DNA of 41,634 bases from an uncultured Methanosarcinales archaeon (lineage in GTDB: Archaea; Nanobdellota; Nanobdellia; Woesearchaeales; CALCXY01): NCBI GenBank assembly GCA_964385185.1, contig CAYLOA010000007.1, positions 1 to 41,634 of the forward strand. Direction: 5' to 3'. The notes below the pieces were generated by a model. That model was not told the origin of the DNA. It worked only from the letters and a program-made list of their open reading frames with translations, and did no database searches. A program made the translations under genes and the position numbers. Shown piece after piece: positions 1 to 9,991 of the stretch (positions within the stretch are counted from its first letter, which is position 1; each line of letters begins with the position of its first letter).

Positions 1-945
1 GAACATGCTAACATCAATTCAAATCTTATCTCAAATATGGCCTCAGAGGATATGCGATTTGCCCATTACAATGCAATGGCAAAAGCAGTTGAAAAAGCAA
101 TTAAAGACAAAGCAGATGGCATCATTCTTACTCACGGTACGGACACGTTACATTACACATCAGCAGCATTAGCATTTATGTTTGATAATCTTCCTATCCC
201 ATTAATTCTTGTCGGAGCACAAAGATCTTCAGACAGAGCATCCTCTGACGCATTCTCAAACTTATTGGCAGCTACCCAATTTATCACAAAAACAGACTTC
301 ACAGGAGTTGCTATCTGTATGCACGCAACTTCAGAAGATAAAGAAAGTGTTATCCTACCAGCAACAAAATCAAAGAAATTACACTCCTCAAGACGAGACG
401 CATTTAAGCCAATTAACGCACAACCAATTGCCTCAGTAAATCCAGAAACTGAAAAAATAACATTCATAAATAAACCAAAAAAAGATACTGGAAAGTTAAC
501 CATTAAAACAAAAATGGAAGACAAAGTAGCATTGATAAAATCACATCCTAATTTTCATCCAGACCAACTACTCCACTACATTGACTACAAAGGAATCGTA
601 ATTGAAGGAACAGGACTAGGACATATTCCCGTCTCAGATTCCAATGACCTTGCAAAGCCAAATATAAAAAATCTAGCAGCAGTAAAAGCCTTAGTAGACA
701 AAGGAGTAATTGTGGTTATGACAACCCAAACAGTATTCGGCAGAGTCCAGATGAATGTCTACGCACCAGGAAGAGATATTCTAAAGACAGGCGTAATCCC
801 AGGTTCTGACATGACATCAGAAACTGCATTCATAAAACTAGCATGGCTATTAGGAAATTATCCAAGTAAAGCTAAACAATTAATAACAGAAAACCTCCGG
901 GGAGAAATTACAGACCGAACCTTATACAAGGAAGAATTCATCTAA
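1..945 (+). CDS. gatD: Glu-tRNA(Gln) amidotransferase subunit D, 5'-truncated by the window edge
   Basis: Asparaginase-like motifs HGTDT, GAQRSSDR, HSSRRDAF, GTGLGH; frame open from base 1; gatE nearby. Confidence 0.95.
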   Translation, partial: EHANINSNLISNMASEDMRFAHYNAMAKAVEKAIKDKADGIILTHGTDTLHYTSAALAFMFDNLPIPLILVGAQRSSDRASSDAFSNLLAATQFITKTDFTGVAICMHATSEDKESVILPATKSKKLHSSRRDAFKPINAQPIASVNPETEKITFINKPKKDTGKLTIKTKMEDKVALIKSHPNFHPDQLLHYIDYKGIVIEGTGLGHIPVSDSNDLAKPNIKNLAAVKALVDKGVIVVMTTQTVFGRVQMNVYAPGRDILKTGVIPGSDMTSETAFIKLAWLLGNYPSKAKQLITENLRGEITDRTLYKEEFI

Positions 946-1457
946 AGTTCTATATCATACCAGATTAATCTATACACTCTGTTATCTTTTCTTTTACGTT
1001 GTTTTGCAATTCCATGATTGGTAAATCCAGCTTTCTCTAAAACACGACCAGATGCAGTATTAGGTTCTAAAATATAGGCAAATAATTTTTTCAATCCAAC
1101 CTCTTTACGAGCATACGCAACAATTTTTTTAACTACACCAGTCATAATACCTTTTCCCCAATACTCTTCTCCTAACCAATATCCAATCTCAGCTTGAGTA
1201 GCAGTAATATCTGCCAATCCAATCCCTCCAACTATCTTTCCACCCACATCAATTCCAAAATTCAAATGTAAAGGCCTCTCCATTTTTTGCTGTTTCAAAA
1301 CCTTACTAACAAATTCAGTTGCATCTTTACGAGTATAAGGACTTGGAATCCTCAAAGTATACTGGGCAATTTTAGTATTGTTGATATGTTTGTAAATACT
1401 AGCTTCATCACTTCTCTTAAAACTCCTAATCACAAATCCTTCTCCTTTAACAAGCAT
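942..1457 (-). CDS. GNAT (RimJ/RimL-like) N-acetyltransferase
   Basis: AEIGYWLGEEYWGKGIMT and NTASGRVLEKAGF motifs. Confidence 0.9.
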   Translation of the reverse strand: MLVKGEGFVIRSFKRSDEASIYKHINNTKIAQYTLRIPSPYTRKDATEFVSKVLKQQKMERPLHLNFGIDVGGKIVGGIGLADITATQAEIGYWLGEEYWGKGIMTGVVKKIVAYARKEVGLKKLFAYILEPNTASGRVLEKAGFTNHGIAKQRKRKDNRVYRLIWYDIEL

Positions 1458-1589
1458 ATAACCACAAACCCATAATCTCTATTTATAACTTTCCGAAAAT
1501 AATTCTATGAAACCGGAATAGCACAGGACAACCAGCCGAAGAGTATTTAAGATTTTCCATCTTCTATTTTTCTAGTACTTAGAAGAAAA

Positions 1590-2804
1590 ATGAACACAGA
1601 AAAAACAAATAACTCTTCACTAGCTTTGGTCAAGAGTCCATATTTCATAAAATACAGTTCAAATGTTCTCAAAGCTATTTACCTAGCTCAAAATTCAAAT
1701 TTATTTGTAAAATACAATATTAATCCCAAATTAATCGAATTATACAAAGAAAAAAAGAATTTACTGCCCTTGTGGATATTGGAAGCAGCTTGTAATTTGA
1801 ATAAAGAGAATTTAAGAATCCCCATAGAATTCCAAAATGTTTGGTATTGCCTACATGATTGTATTTTAATGAGGAGACAACAAAGTGGAAGAATTTTTAG
1901 AACAAAAGTAAATTTCACTCCATGTTATGTCCAATGGGATGAAAGGATTAAAAATTTAATTGATTCAGCCATGCTCACTCTTCAAATGAACAAGAAGGAA
2001 TTTTCATTATTTTGTGGATACAATCCTAGAAGGCTACGATTTTATCAGAAAAAAGTCCCAATAACTATTATTCTTAAGGTGTGCCAAATTCTAAAAATTA
2101 ACCCTTGGAATCTGTTGGTAGGATATAGACTTTTTGGCAGATCTAGAGATATTAATGGTGTGAAAATTGATAATGAAAAACCAGATATCAACATGTATAA
2201 ATTGCTAATATGGTTAAGAACAGAAGGTCACATGGAACTAGGAAGTACCCATATTGAAGTTAATCAAAAATATAATGACAATGCATTGAAAGCTATTCAA
2301 GAAATAATTATGAACAAATTTAGAATTAAATCTTCCAGTTTTCATTATGCAATGGGCATAAGAGGTGAGAAAAGACTCATTATCTCATCTAGTGCTCTAC
2401 GACAATTATTATGTTTAAAATATGATTGTTCACTAGGATACAAGAGTGGTTCACTAAAGTCTCTCAATTTGTCAAGATTATCTACTCAGCAATGTTTAGA
2501 ATTATTCCCTCCATTCGTAGAGTCTGAAGGCTGTTTATCATACCAGTATACAAGAAATAGGAAGAAAAAACTACCCAAATTTGAGTTTATAATTAAAGAC
2601 AAAGAAATCGTCAGAGATTGTATTGAAGTTCTCCAGAAACTAGGGTACTCTCCCAGATGTTATATAAACAAAAATTTATATAAGATTGGGATATACAATT
2701 CTAAAGAGGTTATAGAACTAGTAAATAAGTCAAAAAAGTATTTTTTCGATATGAAAAAAATCGATTACTTACGAGAGGTTTGCACAAGTGGTATTGGACT
2801 ATAA
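1590..2804 (+). CDS. Free-standing two-motif LAGLIDADG endonuclease-like protein with N-terminal HTH region
   Basis: LAGLIDADG-like helices LLIWLRTEGHM and LFPPFVESEGCL; XRE-like segment MNKKEFSLFCGY...ILKVCQIL; 3' end overlaps gatE start by 17 nt. Confidence 0.7.
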   Translation: MNTEKTNNSSLALVKSPYFIKYSSNVLKAIYLAQNSNLFVKYNINPKLIELYKEKKNLLPLWILEAACNLNKENLRIPIEFQNVWYCLHDCILMRRQQSGRIFRTKVNFTPCYVQWDERIKNLIDSAMLTLQMNKKEFSLFCGYNPRRLRFYQKKVPITIILKVCQILKINPWNLLVGYRLFGRSRDINGVKIDNEKPDINMYKLLIWLRTEGHMELGSTHIEVNQKYNDNALKAIQEIIMNKFRIKSSSFHYAMGIRGEKRLIISSSALRQLLCLKYDCSLGYKSGSLKSLNLSRLSTQQCLELFPPFVESEGCLSYQYTRNRKKKLPKFEFIIKDKEIVRDCIEVLQKLGYSPRCYINKNLYKIGIYNSKEVIELVNKSKKYFFDMKKIDYLREVCTSGIGL

Positions 2805-4209
2805 TAAACTGGGATTTCGATGTGGTTTGGAATGTCATCAGCAGATCGACGGATTAAAACTATTCTGCAAATGCCCAACAATAAACTCTGACGCCAAATC
2901 AAACTTAAAAGTAGAGCGAAAACTAAGAGCCGCAGCAGGAGAAACAGGTGAAATTGACATAGCTGCCAAACATGAGATGGCAAAGGACCTCACTTTCACA
3001 TATGAAGGAGACAACGCTGATTGTTGTCTAGTCGACTTAGACGAACAACCTCCAGAACCAATTAATCAACATGCATTAAACACCGCTTTAGAAATAGCCC
3101 TCTTACTAAACTGTAAAATTGTAGATGAAATTCAATTCATGAGAAAAACAGTTGTAGATGGATCAAACGTCTCAGGATTTCAAAGAACTGCACTAATTGG
3201 CATGGATGGCCACATTACTACCGAAAATGGAAAAGTAGCAATTGATTCTATCTGCCTAGAAGAAGAAGCAGCAAAGAAATTATCAAAAACAGATTCTACA
3301 ACAACCTACCGACTAGACAGACTGGGAATACCTCTTGTAGAAATTGCAACAGACGCTTCAATAACATCACCAAACCATTGTAAAGAAGTTGCTGAAAAAA
3401 TAGGAATGATTCTAAGATCAACTGGAAAGGTAAAGAGAGGCCTAGGAACCATCAGACAAGATGTAAACGTATCAATCAAAGGACACCCAAGAATCGAAGT
3501 AAAAGGGTTTCAAGACCTAAAATCTATCCCAAAAGTAATTGAAAAAGAAATTGAAAGACAACAACAAAGCATGAAGAAAAACACAAAACTAGAAGGTCAA
3601 GTAAGAAAGGCAGAAGCTGATTTCTCAACAACATTCCTAAGACCTATGCCAGGATCAGCACGTATGTATCCAGAAACAGACATACCTCTAATCAAACCAA
3701 ACACAAAAAACATAGAAAAAGTCGAATTAATTGATGATAAAATACTCCATCTAGAAACTACATACAAACTCAATGCAGATCTAGCAAGAGCATTGGTAAA
3801 TGACCCATCAATAAATTACCCAGAATATGTAGAAGAGTTTCAACATGTAGAACCTTCATTCATCGCAAACACATTAATTAACACACCAAAGGAAATAAAG
3901 TCAAGAAACAAAGCTGCAAAACCAATCGACCACGGAGATATAAAAGAAGCTTTAAACTTCCTAAATGAAAAGAAAATCTCCAAAGAAGCGGTATTTGAAC
4001 TCCTACTCCAAGTAGCAGAAGGAAAAAAGATGGACATTCATCAATTCAAAAAGGCAGATACATCAAATCTAGACAAAGAAGTCCAAGATCTAATCAAACA
4101 AAAGCCAAACCTCAACATAGGAGCCTACATGGGTCTATTAATGGCTAAATACCGAGGAAAAGTCGACGGTAAAGAGTTAATGCAAGTTCTAAGGAAACAC
4201 GTTAAATAA
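2788..4209 (+). CDS. gatE: Glu-tRNA(Gln) amidotransferase subunit E (short form)
   Basis: DYNKLGFRCGLECHQQ, FMRKTVVDGSNVSGFQRT, RGLGTIRQDVNVSI, RMYPETDIP; GTG start (or TTG at 2794) after GAGGT. Confidence 0.95.
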   Translation: MVLDYNKLGFRCGLECHQQIDGLKLFCKCPTINSDAKSNLKVERKLRAAAGETGEIDIAAKHEMAKDLTFTYEGDNADCCLVDLDEQPPEPINQHALNTALEIALLLNCKIVDEIQFMRKTVVDGSNVSGFQRTALIGMDGHITTENGKVAIDSICLEEEAAKKLSKTDSTTTYRLDRLGIPLVEIATDASITSPNHCKEVAEKIGMILRSTGKVKRGLGTIRQDVNVSIKGHPRIEVKGFQDLKSIPKVIEKEIERQQQSMKKNTKLEGQVRKAEADFSTTFLRPMPGSARMYPETDIPLIKPNTKNIEKVELIDDKILHLETTYKLNADLARALVNDPSINYPEYVEEFQHVEPSFIANTLINTPKEIKSRNKAAKPIDHGDIKEALNFLNEKKISKEAVFELLLQVAEGKKMDIHQFKKADTSNLDKEVQDLIKQKPNLNIGAYMGLLMAKYRGKVDGKELMQVLRKHVK

Positions 4210-4256
4210 TTGAAGTGGATACATAAATTTAAATATTTCAATTCCTACAAAATATC

Positions 4257-4715
4257 ATGAATGATGAAGAATCTAATTTCCCAAAGAATTCATTTATAGT
4301 TCTTGATTCCAAATCAGGGATGAGAATGTTAACTCAGGAAACTTTCTCTGACCAAGGTCTATCAAGTATCGTAAACACAGCATTTGAAAACCTTGATACT
4401 CAACAACTGCGTCCTGGATCATATGAAGCAATTGAAGGAACACATCCCTCAGTTTGCTGCAATGCCTATAAAATAGCCAGTGAATCCAAACCTAATCCTA
4501 ACGAAAAACCATCTGCATGGTATCATCCGAAGAACATCATAAAATTTATCCCTCGTATGATAGAAATACAAAGAATGCGGAAACTTCACATAGACAATGA
4601 AGGAAATATTACGAGGCCAGGAATAGAAATATATGTAGGAATTCCTCCTTTACAAGTTGCCCAGAATATCCAAGAAAATTCACAACTTGAAGAAGTGACA
4701 ATAAATCCTATATAG
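4257..4715 (+). CDS. Hypothetical protein
   Basis: 152-aa ORF with TTTAAATA TATA-like box about 25 nt upstream. Confidence 0.6.
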   Translation: MNDEESNFPKNSFIVLDSKSGMRMLTQETFSDQGLSSIVNTAFENLDTQQLRPGSYEAIEGTHPSVCCNAYKIASESKPNPNEKPSAWYHPKNIIKFIPRMIEIQRMRKLHIDNEGNITRPGIEIYVGIPPLQVAQNIQENSQLEEVTINPI

Positions 4716-4721
4716 GATACC

Positions 4722-4928
4722 TTGTATAAGATTGGCTACTCATTAATGGGTTTTGTCCGGAAGAAAGTCCAAGGATCCACACAATTAGCATATGTTTTCA
4801 CACCCAATCGTACATTTACTTCTGCCATATACGAGAGAAATAATGAAACATTTGCCTATATTTCTGGGAAAACTATAGATAGGATTAAAGCAGGAGCCAA
4901 CGTAGTATCCCACTTAGTCGGGGCATAG
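4722..4928 (+). CDS. Possible small hypothetical protein
   Basis: 68-aa ORF (TTG start) filling the gap after the previous gene; no recognisable motif. Confidence 0.3.
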   Translation: MYKIGYSLMGFVRKKVQGSTQLAYVFTPNRTFTSAIYERNNETFAYISGKTIDRIKAGANVVSHLVGA

Positions 4929-5009
4929 ATATTTTTATTTCAAATCATACAATTAAACCAAAATTCTATTTACTAAACCTATAAATACAACCTCTATACT
5001 CCAACAGGT

Positions 5010-5933
5010 ATGAATACAATAGTAGTCAAAGGACTCAAGAAATCTTTTGGAAAAGTAAAGGCAGTTGATAACGTCTCCTTAGAAATTAAAAAAGGAGAGT
5101 TTTTCGGACTGTTAGGACCCAACGGAGCAGGTAAAACCACATTAATCAACATACTGACAGGTCTTTTAACCAAAGATTCAGGAACAATCCAAATATTAGG
5201 TAAAGACCCTGAAAAAGACTGGGAAGAGGTAAAAAACAAGGTAAATGTCTCCACTGCATACTTTCCTTTAATGGAATCACTCACAATTAGACAAAACCTA
5301 AACGTTTTTGCTAAAGTATACAATCTAAAGAATCCAAAAGAAAAAATCAACAAATTACTAGAAGAATTTGAACTAACGACAAAAGCAGATAGAAAAGTCA
5401 TAAAACTATCAAGTGGAGAGAAAACGAGAACTTCCCTCTGTAAAGGGCTATTAAACGATCCAGAAGTGTTATTCCTCGACGAATGCACAGCAGGACTAGA
5501 TCCCGATATAGCTGAAAAAACAAGAAATATCATAAAAAGTTATCAAGAGAAGCATGGCACCACAATACTATTCACATCACACTACATGTATGAAATTGAA
5601 GAGTTATGTGAAAGAATTGCTTTTATGGCAGGTGGAAAAATAATCACCATGGGAACATCCGAAGAGTTAAAAAAACTCATCAAGGACCAAACCATAGAAA
5701 TCACCGTCCAAAAAGGCCACGCTGAATTAAAAAAACTCTTGGAAAATGAACAAGTAGACATACTTCATGCTAAAAATAACAATATCATCTTCCAAGTAAG
5801 CGAAGGATCTGAAAAAATATACACTATTTTAAGCAAAGTCTTCAAAGCAGGATTTCAACTGTCAGATTTACACATACAAAAACCTACATTAGATGATATT
5901 TTCATCAAAATTGCACGAGATCCAAAAAAATGA
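5010..5933 (+). CDS. ABC-2-type exporter ATP-binding subunit
   Basis: Walker A GPNGAGKT, signature LSSGE, Walker B LFLDE, SH switch. Confidence 0.95.
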   Translation: MNTIVVKGLKKSFGKVKAVDNVSLEIKKGEFFGLLGPNGAGKTTLINILTGLLTKDSGTIQILGKDPEKDWEEVKNKVNVSTAYFPLMESLTIRQNLNVFAKVYNLKNPKEKINKLLEEFELTTKADRKVIKLSSGEKTRTSLCKGLLNDPEVLFLDECTAGLDPDIAEKTRNIIKSYQEKHGTTILFTSHYMYEIEELCERIAFMAGGKIITMGTSEELKKLIKDQTIEITVQKGHAELKKLLENEQVDILHAKNNNIIFQVSEGSEKIYTILSKVFKAGFQLSDLHIQKPTLDDIFIKIARDPKK

Positions 5934-6718
5934 AACTACACAGAATTTATGCAATGTTGTTGAAGTTTTGGTATATTACCATAAACCGTCCAGATAGAAT
6001 TTTCGATATTTTTTACTGGCCAGTCATAGATTTATTTGTGTGGGGATTTGCATCTATTTTTATTAAACAAGTATCAGAAGTCAGTTTCCTAAGTATGTTT
6101 TTAGGGGGCATTGTCCTCTGGATATTTGTCTGGAGATCTTCCCAAGACATAGCTGTCTACATATTGGAAGATTTTTGGGGAAGGAACCTCTATCATCAAT
6201 ATTCATCTCCTGTAAAGATTTCAGAACTTTTAATAGCAGTAATGCTATTTGCTTTTCTAAGATCGGTAGCAACCTTTGGAGTTCTTACCTTATTGGCATA
6301 CATTATGTACAAATTTCTACTTTTCTCACTAGCTCCATTAATATTCATAGCAGCAGCAATTTCAATCTTATCCTTATTCGGTTGGGTTATGGGACTTTTC
6401 GTCACAAGCTTAGTCCTACGATTCGGCCAGAGAATCCAAGTCCTAGCTTGGTCTTCTGTTTGGGTAGTGCAACCTTTCTCTTGTGTATTTTACCCATTAT
6501 CAGCTCTACCACAATGGGCTCATCCCATAGCAAAAGTCTTACCCACAACACATGTCTTTGAAGCACTCAGAGCAGTCTTAAGTAATAATCCAGTAAACAT
6601 CCCATCATTATACTATGCTATAGTATTAACCATCATATTCTTAGGATTAGCATCATTATTAATCAAGAAAGCCTTCGGCCATGCTAAATCCTCAGGTCTT
6701 ATCGCTAGAGGAGACTAA
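5930..6718 (+). CDS. ABC-2-type exporter permease
   Basis: About 6 hydrophobic segments, FYPLSALPQW motif; 4-nt overlap with the ATPase gene. Confidence 0.9.
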   Translation: MKLHRIYAMLLKFWYITINRPDRIFDIFYWPVIDLFVWGFASIFIKQVSEVSFLSMFLGGIVLWIFVWRSSQDIAVYILEDFWGRNLYHQYSSPVKISELLIAVMLFAFLRSVATFGVLTLLAYIMYKFLLFSLAPLIFIAAAISILSLFGWVMGLFVTSLVLRFGQRIQVLAWSSVWVVQPFSCVFYPLSALPQWAHPIAKVLPTTHVFEALRAVLSNNPVNIPSLYYAIVLTIIFLGLASLLIKKAFGHAKSSGLIARGD

Positions 6719-6750
6719 AGTTTATATATTCAATTTATTTTCCAATTTCT

Positions 6751-7020
6751 ATGACTTCAAGAGCAGTAAGAAATACAATGTACTCCATAGGGCACCTAAT
6801 CAATGAAGCCTTTTCTGATTTGTTATTTTTGGACGCAACTTACAATGCCTTGAAAGGAAATTACCAAGTAGCATCCTGTGAAGTAGGATTAGCATTGTAT
6901 TTAGATTTTTCAAGAAGGGCCGACCAAAAGAAGCTTGAATGGATGAATCAAGTTGATGATAATTGGGAAATGCTAAATAAACCTAAAATATTATATTTGA
7001 AATCTTACCACTCTCAATAG
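6751..7020 (+). CDS. Small hypothetical protein
   Basis: 89-aa ORF with TTTATATA box upstream; convergent overlap with cdc6. Confidence 0.5.
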   Translation: MTSRAVRNTMYSIGHLINEAFSDLLFLDATYNALKGNYQVASCEVGLALYLDFSRRADQKKLEWMNQVDDNWEMLNKPKILYLKSYHSQ

Positions 7021-8084
7021 TCGGTAATCTTCTTCTCTTCTTTAACAGAAATAAAACTCGTATTACCTTCAACTCCACCAGAAGTCCGTTTAACAACAAC
7101 AAATCCAGCTTTCTCTAACTTTTCAACTCGTCGCATGAAGGTCTTATAACTTCCCATCCCTTCATTACTTTGAAATTTTTTATACAAATCTCCAGCTTTT
7201 CCACCAGAATGCTCTTTAACAACTTCCAACACTTTTTGACTCTCCAACTCTAAATCATCTTTTTTCTTAACGGTAAATTCATCTAACTTCACAACCGCTT
7301 TCTCAACATGTTCCTCAGAAATCTTTCGACTACTCTCATCTTCAGCCATTCGTCCACTCTCTTTTAACAAATAAATTCCTGTTCGGATATCTTTTTTAGC
7401 ATACGTCTTCTCAGCGACCTTCTCTAATGCTTCCTCACCCCACACTTGAGGAAAAAAAGCATACTTCACCCTCTCCTGTAATATCTCAAGGCCTTCTTGA
7501 GCATTATAAGGATCAAAATGCAAAACCTCACACATTAACCTACTCTTAATCCGTTCATCTAAGTCCATTAACCATTCTTTAAAATTAGTAATCAAAACAA
7601 CCGTCTTTAATTGAACCTCTTCCAATATCGAATACAAAAAATCAAAGTCATCTAATTTATCAACTTCGTCAAAGACAAAAACTGCCCCTTTAGCAATCAA
7701 TAAATCTTTTACAACTTTAAACAAATCTTCAGTATTTTTATTCTGAGTAAATTTATACCCTAATTGATCACATAATGCTAACATAACCTTATACGTTGTA
7801 TTTTTCTGCCAGCAATTAATATAAAACGGTTTAATATCATCAGTCTCATCTTCTAAATCTCGTAAGACCCACTTAAGTGCAGCCGTCTTTCCTATTCCAG
7901 GAGCTCCAGATACAAAACAATTCTTCCCTGCTCTATCATTAAATAAGGGTTTTATACATGCAGCCACTTGTTTTTGCTGCATTTCCCGATGAGGAAGCAT
8001 TCTAGGAACAAAGTCATAATTCAGAGCCTCTTCATTTTTAAACAAGGTCTCATCAGAATGTAACATATCTTTAAACAAAGCCAT
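7014..8084 (-). CDS. cdc6: Cdc6/Orc1 family AAA+ ATPase
   Basis: YDFVPRMLPHRE, Walker A GAPGIGKT, YINCW, Walker B FVFDEVD, RIKSRL, C-terminal winged-helix-like region. Confidence 0.88.
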   Translation of the reverse strand: MALFKDMLHSDETLFKNEEALNYDFVPRMLPHREMQQKQVAACIKPLFNDRAGKNCFVSGAPGIGKTAALKWVLRDLEDETDDIKPFYINCWQKNTTYKVMLALCDQLGYKFTQNKNTEDLFKVVKDLLIAKGAVFVFDEVDKLDDFDFLYSILEEVQLKTVVLITNFKEWLMDLDERIKSRLMCEVLHFDPYNAQEGLEILQERVKYAFFPQVWGEEALEKVAEKTYAKKDIRTGIYLLKESGRMAEDESSRKISEEHVEKAVVKLDEFTVKKKDDLELESQKVLEVVKEHSGGKAGDLYKKFQSNEGMGSYKTFMRRVEKLEKAGFVVVKRTSGGVEGNTSFISVKEEKKITDY

Positions 8085-8137
8085 AAAAATTAGTACAACT
8101 GTAAGATTATAAAGATTGTGGTGTTAGAACGAACGAG

Positions 8138-8476
8138 TTATCCAGCCTGAACATGAAAGTTAGTATGTCCACAACCATGGCAAAACTTAGCTCCATGATG
8201 TGTAGGTGCTCCGCATTGTTTACAATGTTTTACTCCACCCAATTGCTGTTGTTGATGTTGATAAGCTGCATGATGAGCAGGACTAACTGGATGATGAGGA
8301 TTCTTTCGTACTTTATGAAATGCATGGATATCAGTACTCACCCTAAACAATCCATATCCTGCCATAACAATCCCAATAATAAAGAAAAACCATAATTTTG
8401 AAAAGTCAAATATCCATGAAACAAAGGCTATAAAGAATCCAATTCCTAAATATGCTACTCCGTGAATCTTTCCCAT
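8138..8476 (-). CDS. Two-TM membrane protein with His/Gln-rich linker and C-terminal zinc ribbon
   Basis: Two hydrophobic helices; CKQCG...FCHGCG. Confidence 0.75.
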   Translation of the reverse strand: MGKIHGVAYLGIGFFIAFVSWIFDFSKLWFFFIIGIVMAGYGLFRVSTDIHAFHKVRKNPHHPVSPAHHAAYQHQQQQLGGVKHCKQCGAPTHHGAKFCHGCGHTNFHVQAG

Positions 8477-8567
8477 ACCTTTTCTACAGAATTATAGTTT
8501 AAAAACTTTTCTAAAGATAAATTTGAATTATTTTTATTATTCTATAATTAATCAAAGTTATCTTAGT

Positions 8568-8600
8568 GGACTTTGACTTTTATATTCTTATTCAAAGTCC
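8568..8600. terminator. Inverted repeat immediately downstream of serS
   Basis: GGACTTTGA (8568-8576) / TCAAAGTCC (8592-8600). Confidence 0.4.
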
Positions 8601-8601
8601 T

Positions 8602-9867
8602 CTAAAGCTTCTCCTTACCCATATACCCTCTCAATACTTCAGGTACACCTACTGAGCCATCTTTCTCCTGATAATTCTCTAATATACCTACCATTGCACG
8701 AGAAGTAGCAATAGCAGTATTATTCAAAGTATGAGGATAATATTTTCCATCTCCTTTACGAACTCTAATTCTCAATCGTCTACTTTGCGCTTCAGTCAAA
8801 TTACTAACGGAACATGCTTCAAAATATCCTTTTTTACGAGGACTCCAGACTTCGAGATCAGCACCTTTTGCTTTCAAATCTCCTAAATCTCCTGAGCAAC
8901 TCTCAAAAACCCGAGTCGGCAAACCCAACGATTCAAACAATTCTTTTGAATTCTCTAACAACTCATCATAATATTTCCAGCTATCTTCTGGTTTACAAAT
9001 AATAATCTGTTCAACTTTATTGAATTGATGTGTTCTATACAATCCTTTTTCATCAATCCCATGAGCACCTAATTCTTTTCGAAAACATTGACTAATTCCA
9101 CATAATCGAATAGGCAGATCTTTCTCTTCAATAACCATACCTTTAAACATAGCAATGAGAGGATGCTCTGAAGTTCCAATTAGATACAAATCCTCACCTT
9201 CAATCTTAAAGACCATATCTTTAAAGAATTCAAAATCAACAACACCAGACGTAGCATCTTTATTGATCATAAGAGGCGGTTCAACTAAGGTATATCCTTT
9301 TCTAACCATAAAGTCTACACCATACTTGAGCAAAGCTTGATTTAATTCAGCTAAACTTCCTTTCAAATAAAAGAATCCACCACCACTTACTCGACGAGCA
9401 GCATCAAAATCACAAATATTTAAACTTTCAACAAGTTCGACATGACTCTTCACATCAAAATCAAATTTTCGTGGTGTTCCAATTTTTTCTTTAACAACAT
9501 TCTCTTTATCGCTTTTACCAATCGGAACACTCTTGTGCATAATATTAGGAATCTGTAACATTATTTTCAATATCCTTTCACCAATCTCTTTTTTCTTACT
9601 ATCTACTACTTCCAATTCTGAAGGAATCTTCCCAGCTTGTTTTACTTTTGCAGAAGCATCCTTCCCTTCTTTCTTCAGCTTATTAATTTCCTGAGAAATG
9701 GTATTCCTCTTTGTCCGAATCTCCTGATCTTCCTTAAGGAGCAATGAAAATTCCTCATCTAATTTAAGAACATCATCTACTAACTTAATCTTATCTTCTT
9801 TGAACTTATTCTTGATATTATCCTTTACCTTAACCGGATTCTCTCGTATATATTTTATATCTAACAT
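8602..9867 (-). CDS. serS: Serine--tRNA ligase (canonical, non-methanogen type)
   Basis: MLDIKYIREN, LIGTSEHPL, FRKE...GLYRTHQFNKVEQ, HTLNNTAIATSR. Confidence 0.97.
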   Translation of the reverse strand: MLDIKYIRENPVKVKDNIKNKFKEDKIKLVDDVLKLDEEFSLLLKEDQEIRTKRNTISQEINKLKKEGKDASAKVKQAGKIPSELEVVDSKKKEIGERILKIMLQIPNIMHKSVPIGKSDKENVVKEKIGTPRKFDFDVKSHVELVESLNICDFDAARRVSGGGFFYLKGSLAELNQALLKYGVDFMVRKGYTLVEPPLMINKDATSGVVDFEFFKDMVFKIEGEDLYLIGTSEHPLIAMFKGMVIEEKDLPIRLCGISQCFRKELGAHGIDEKGLYRTHQFNKVEQIIICKPEDSWKYYDELLENSKELFESLGLPTRVFESCSGDLGDLKAKGADLEVWSPRKKGYFEACSVSNLTEAQSRRLRIRVRKGDGKYYPHTLNNTAIATSRAMVGILENYQEKDGSVGVPEVLRGYMGKEKL

Positions 9868-9920
9868 GTTTCTAGGGTTTCTTCAAATATATATAAACCT
9901 TACTTCACAGCAGTCAGTGG

Positions 9921-9967
9921 GAGCTAGCACCACTGCACCCTGTGGGTGCCGGTGGTGGTGCTAGCTC
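9921..9967. other. 47-nt GC-rich hairpin element, copy E1 of the C-TGT-G loop family
   Basis: GAGCTAGCAC-CACT-GCACCC-TGT-GGGTGC-C-GGTG-GTG-GTGCTAGCTC; same architecture as 17231-17277. Confidence 0.75.
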
Positions 9968-9991
9968 AATAATCACGATATGCTCAAAAAA

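Noticed and set aside
1590..2804. Intein in gatE or group I intron
   Set aside because: Different frame from gatE, own start and stop, no C/S...HN splice motifs, host genes uninterrupted
4994..5533. Antisense ORFs such as 4994-5533, 31507-31968, 32428-32883, 38210-38575
   Set aside because: Shadows of well-supported genes on the opposite strand, with no motifs
8477..8600. Replication origin near cdc6 (AT-rich region with inverted repeats)
   Set aside because: No ORB-like TTCCA..GGAAA/G-string boxes seen; by eye the + strand stays C-rich on both sides of cdc6, so no skew switch
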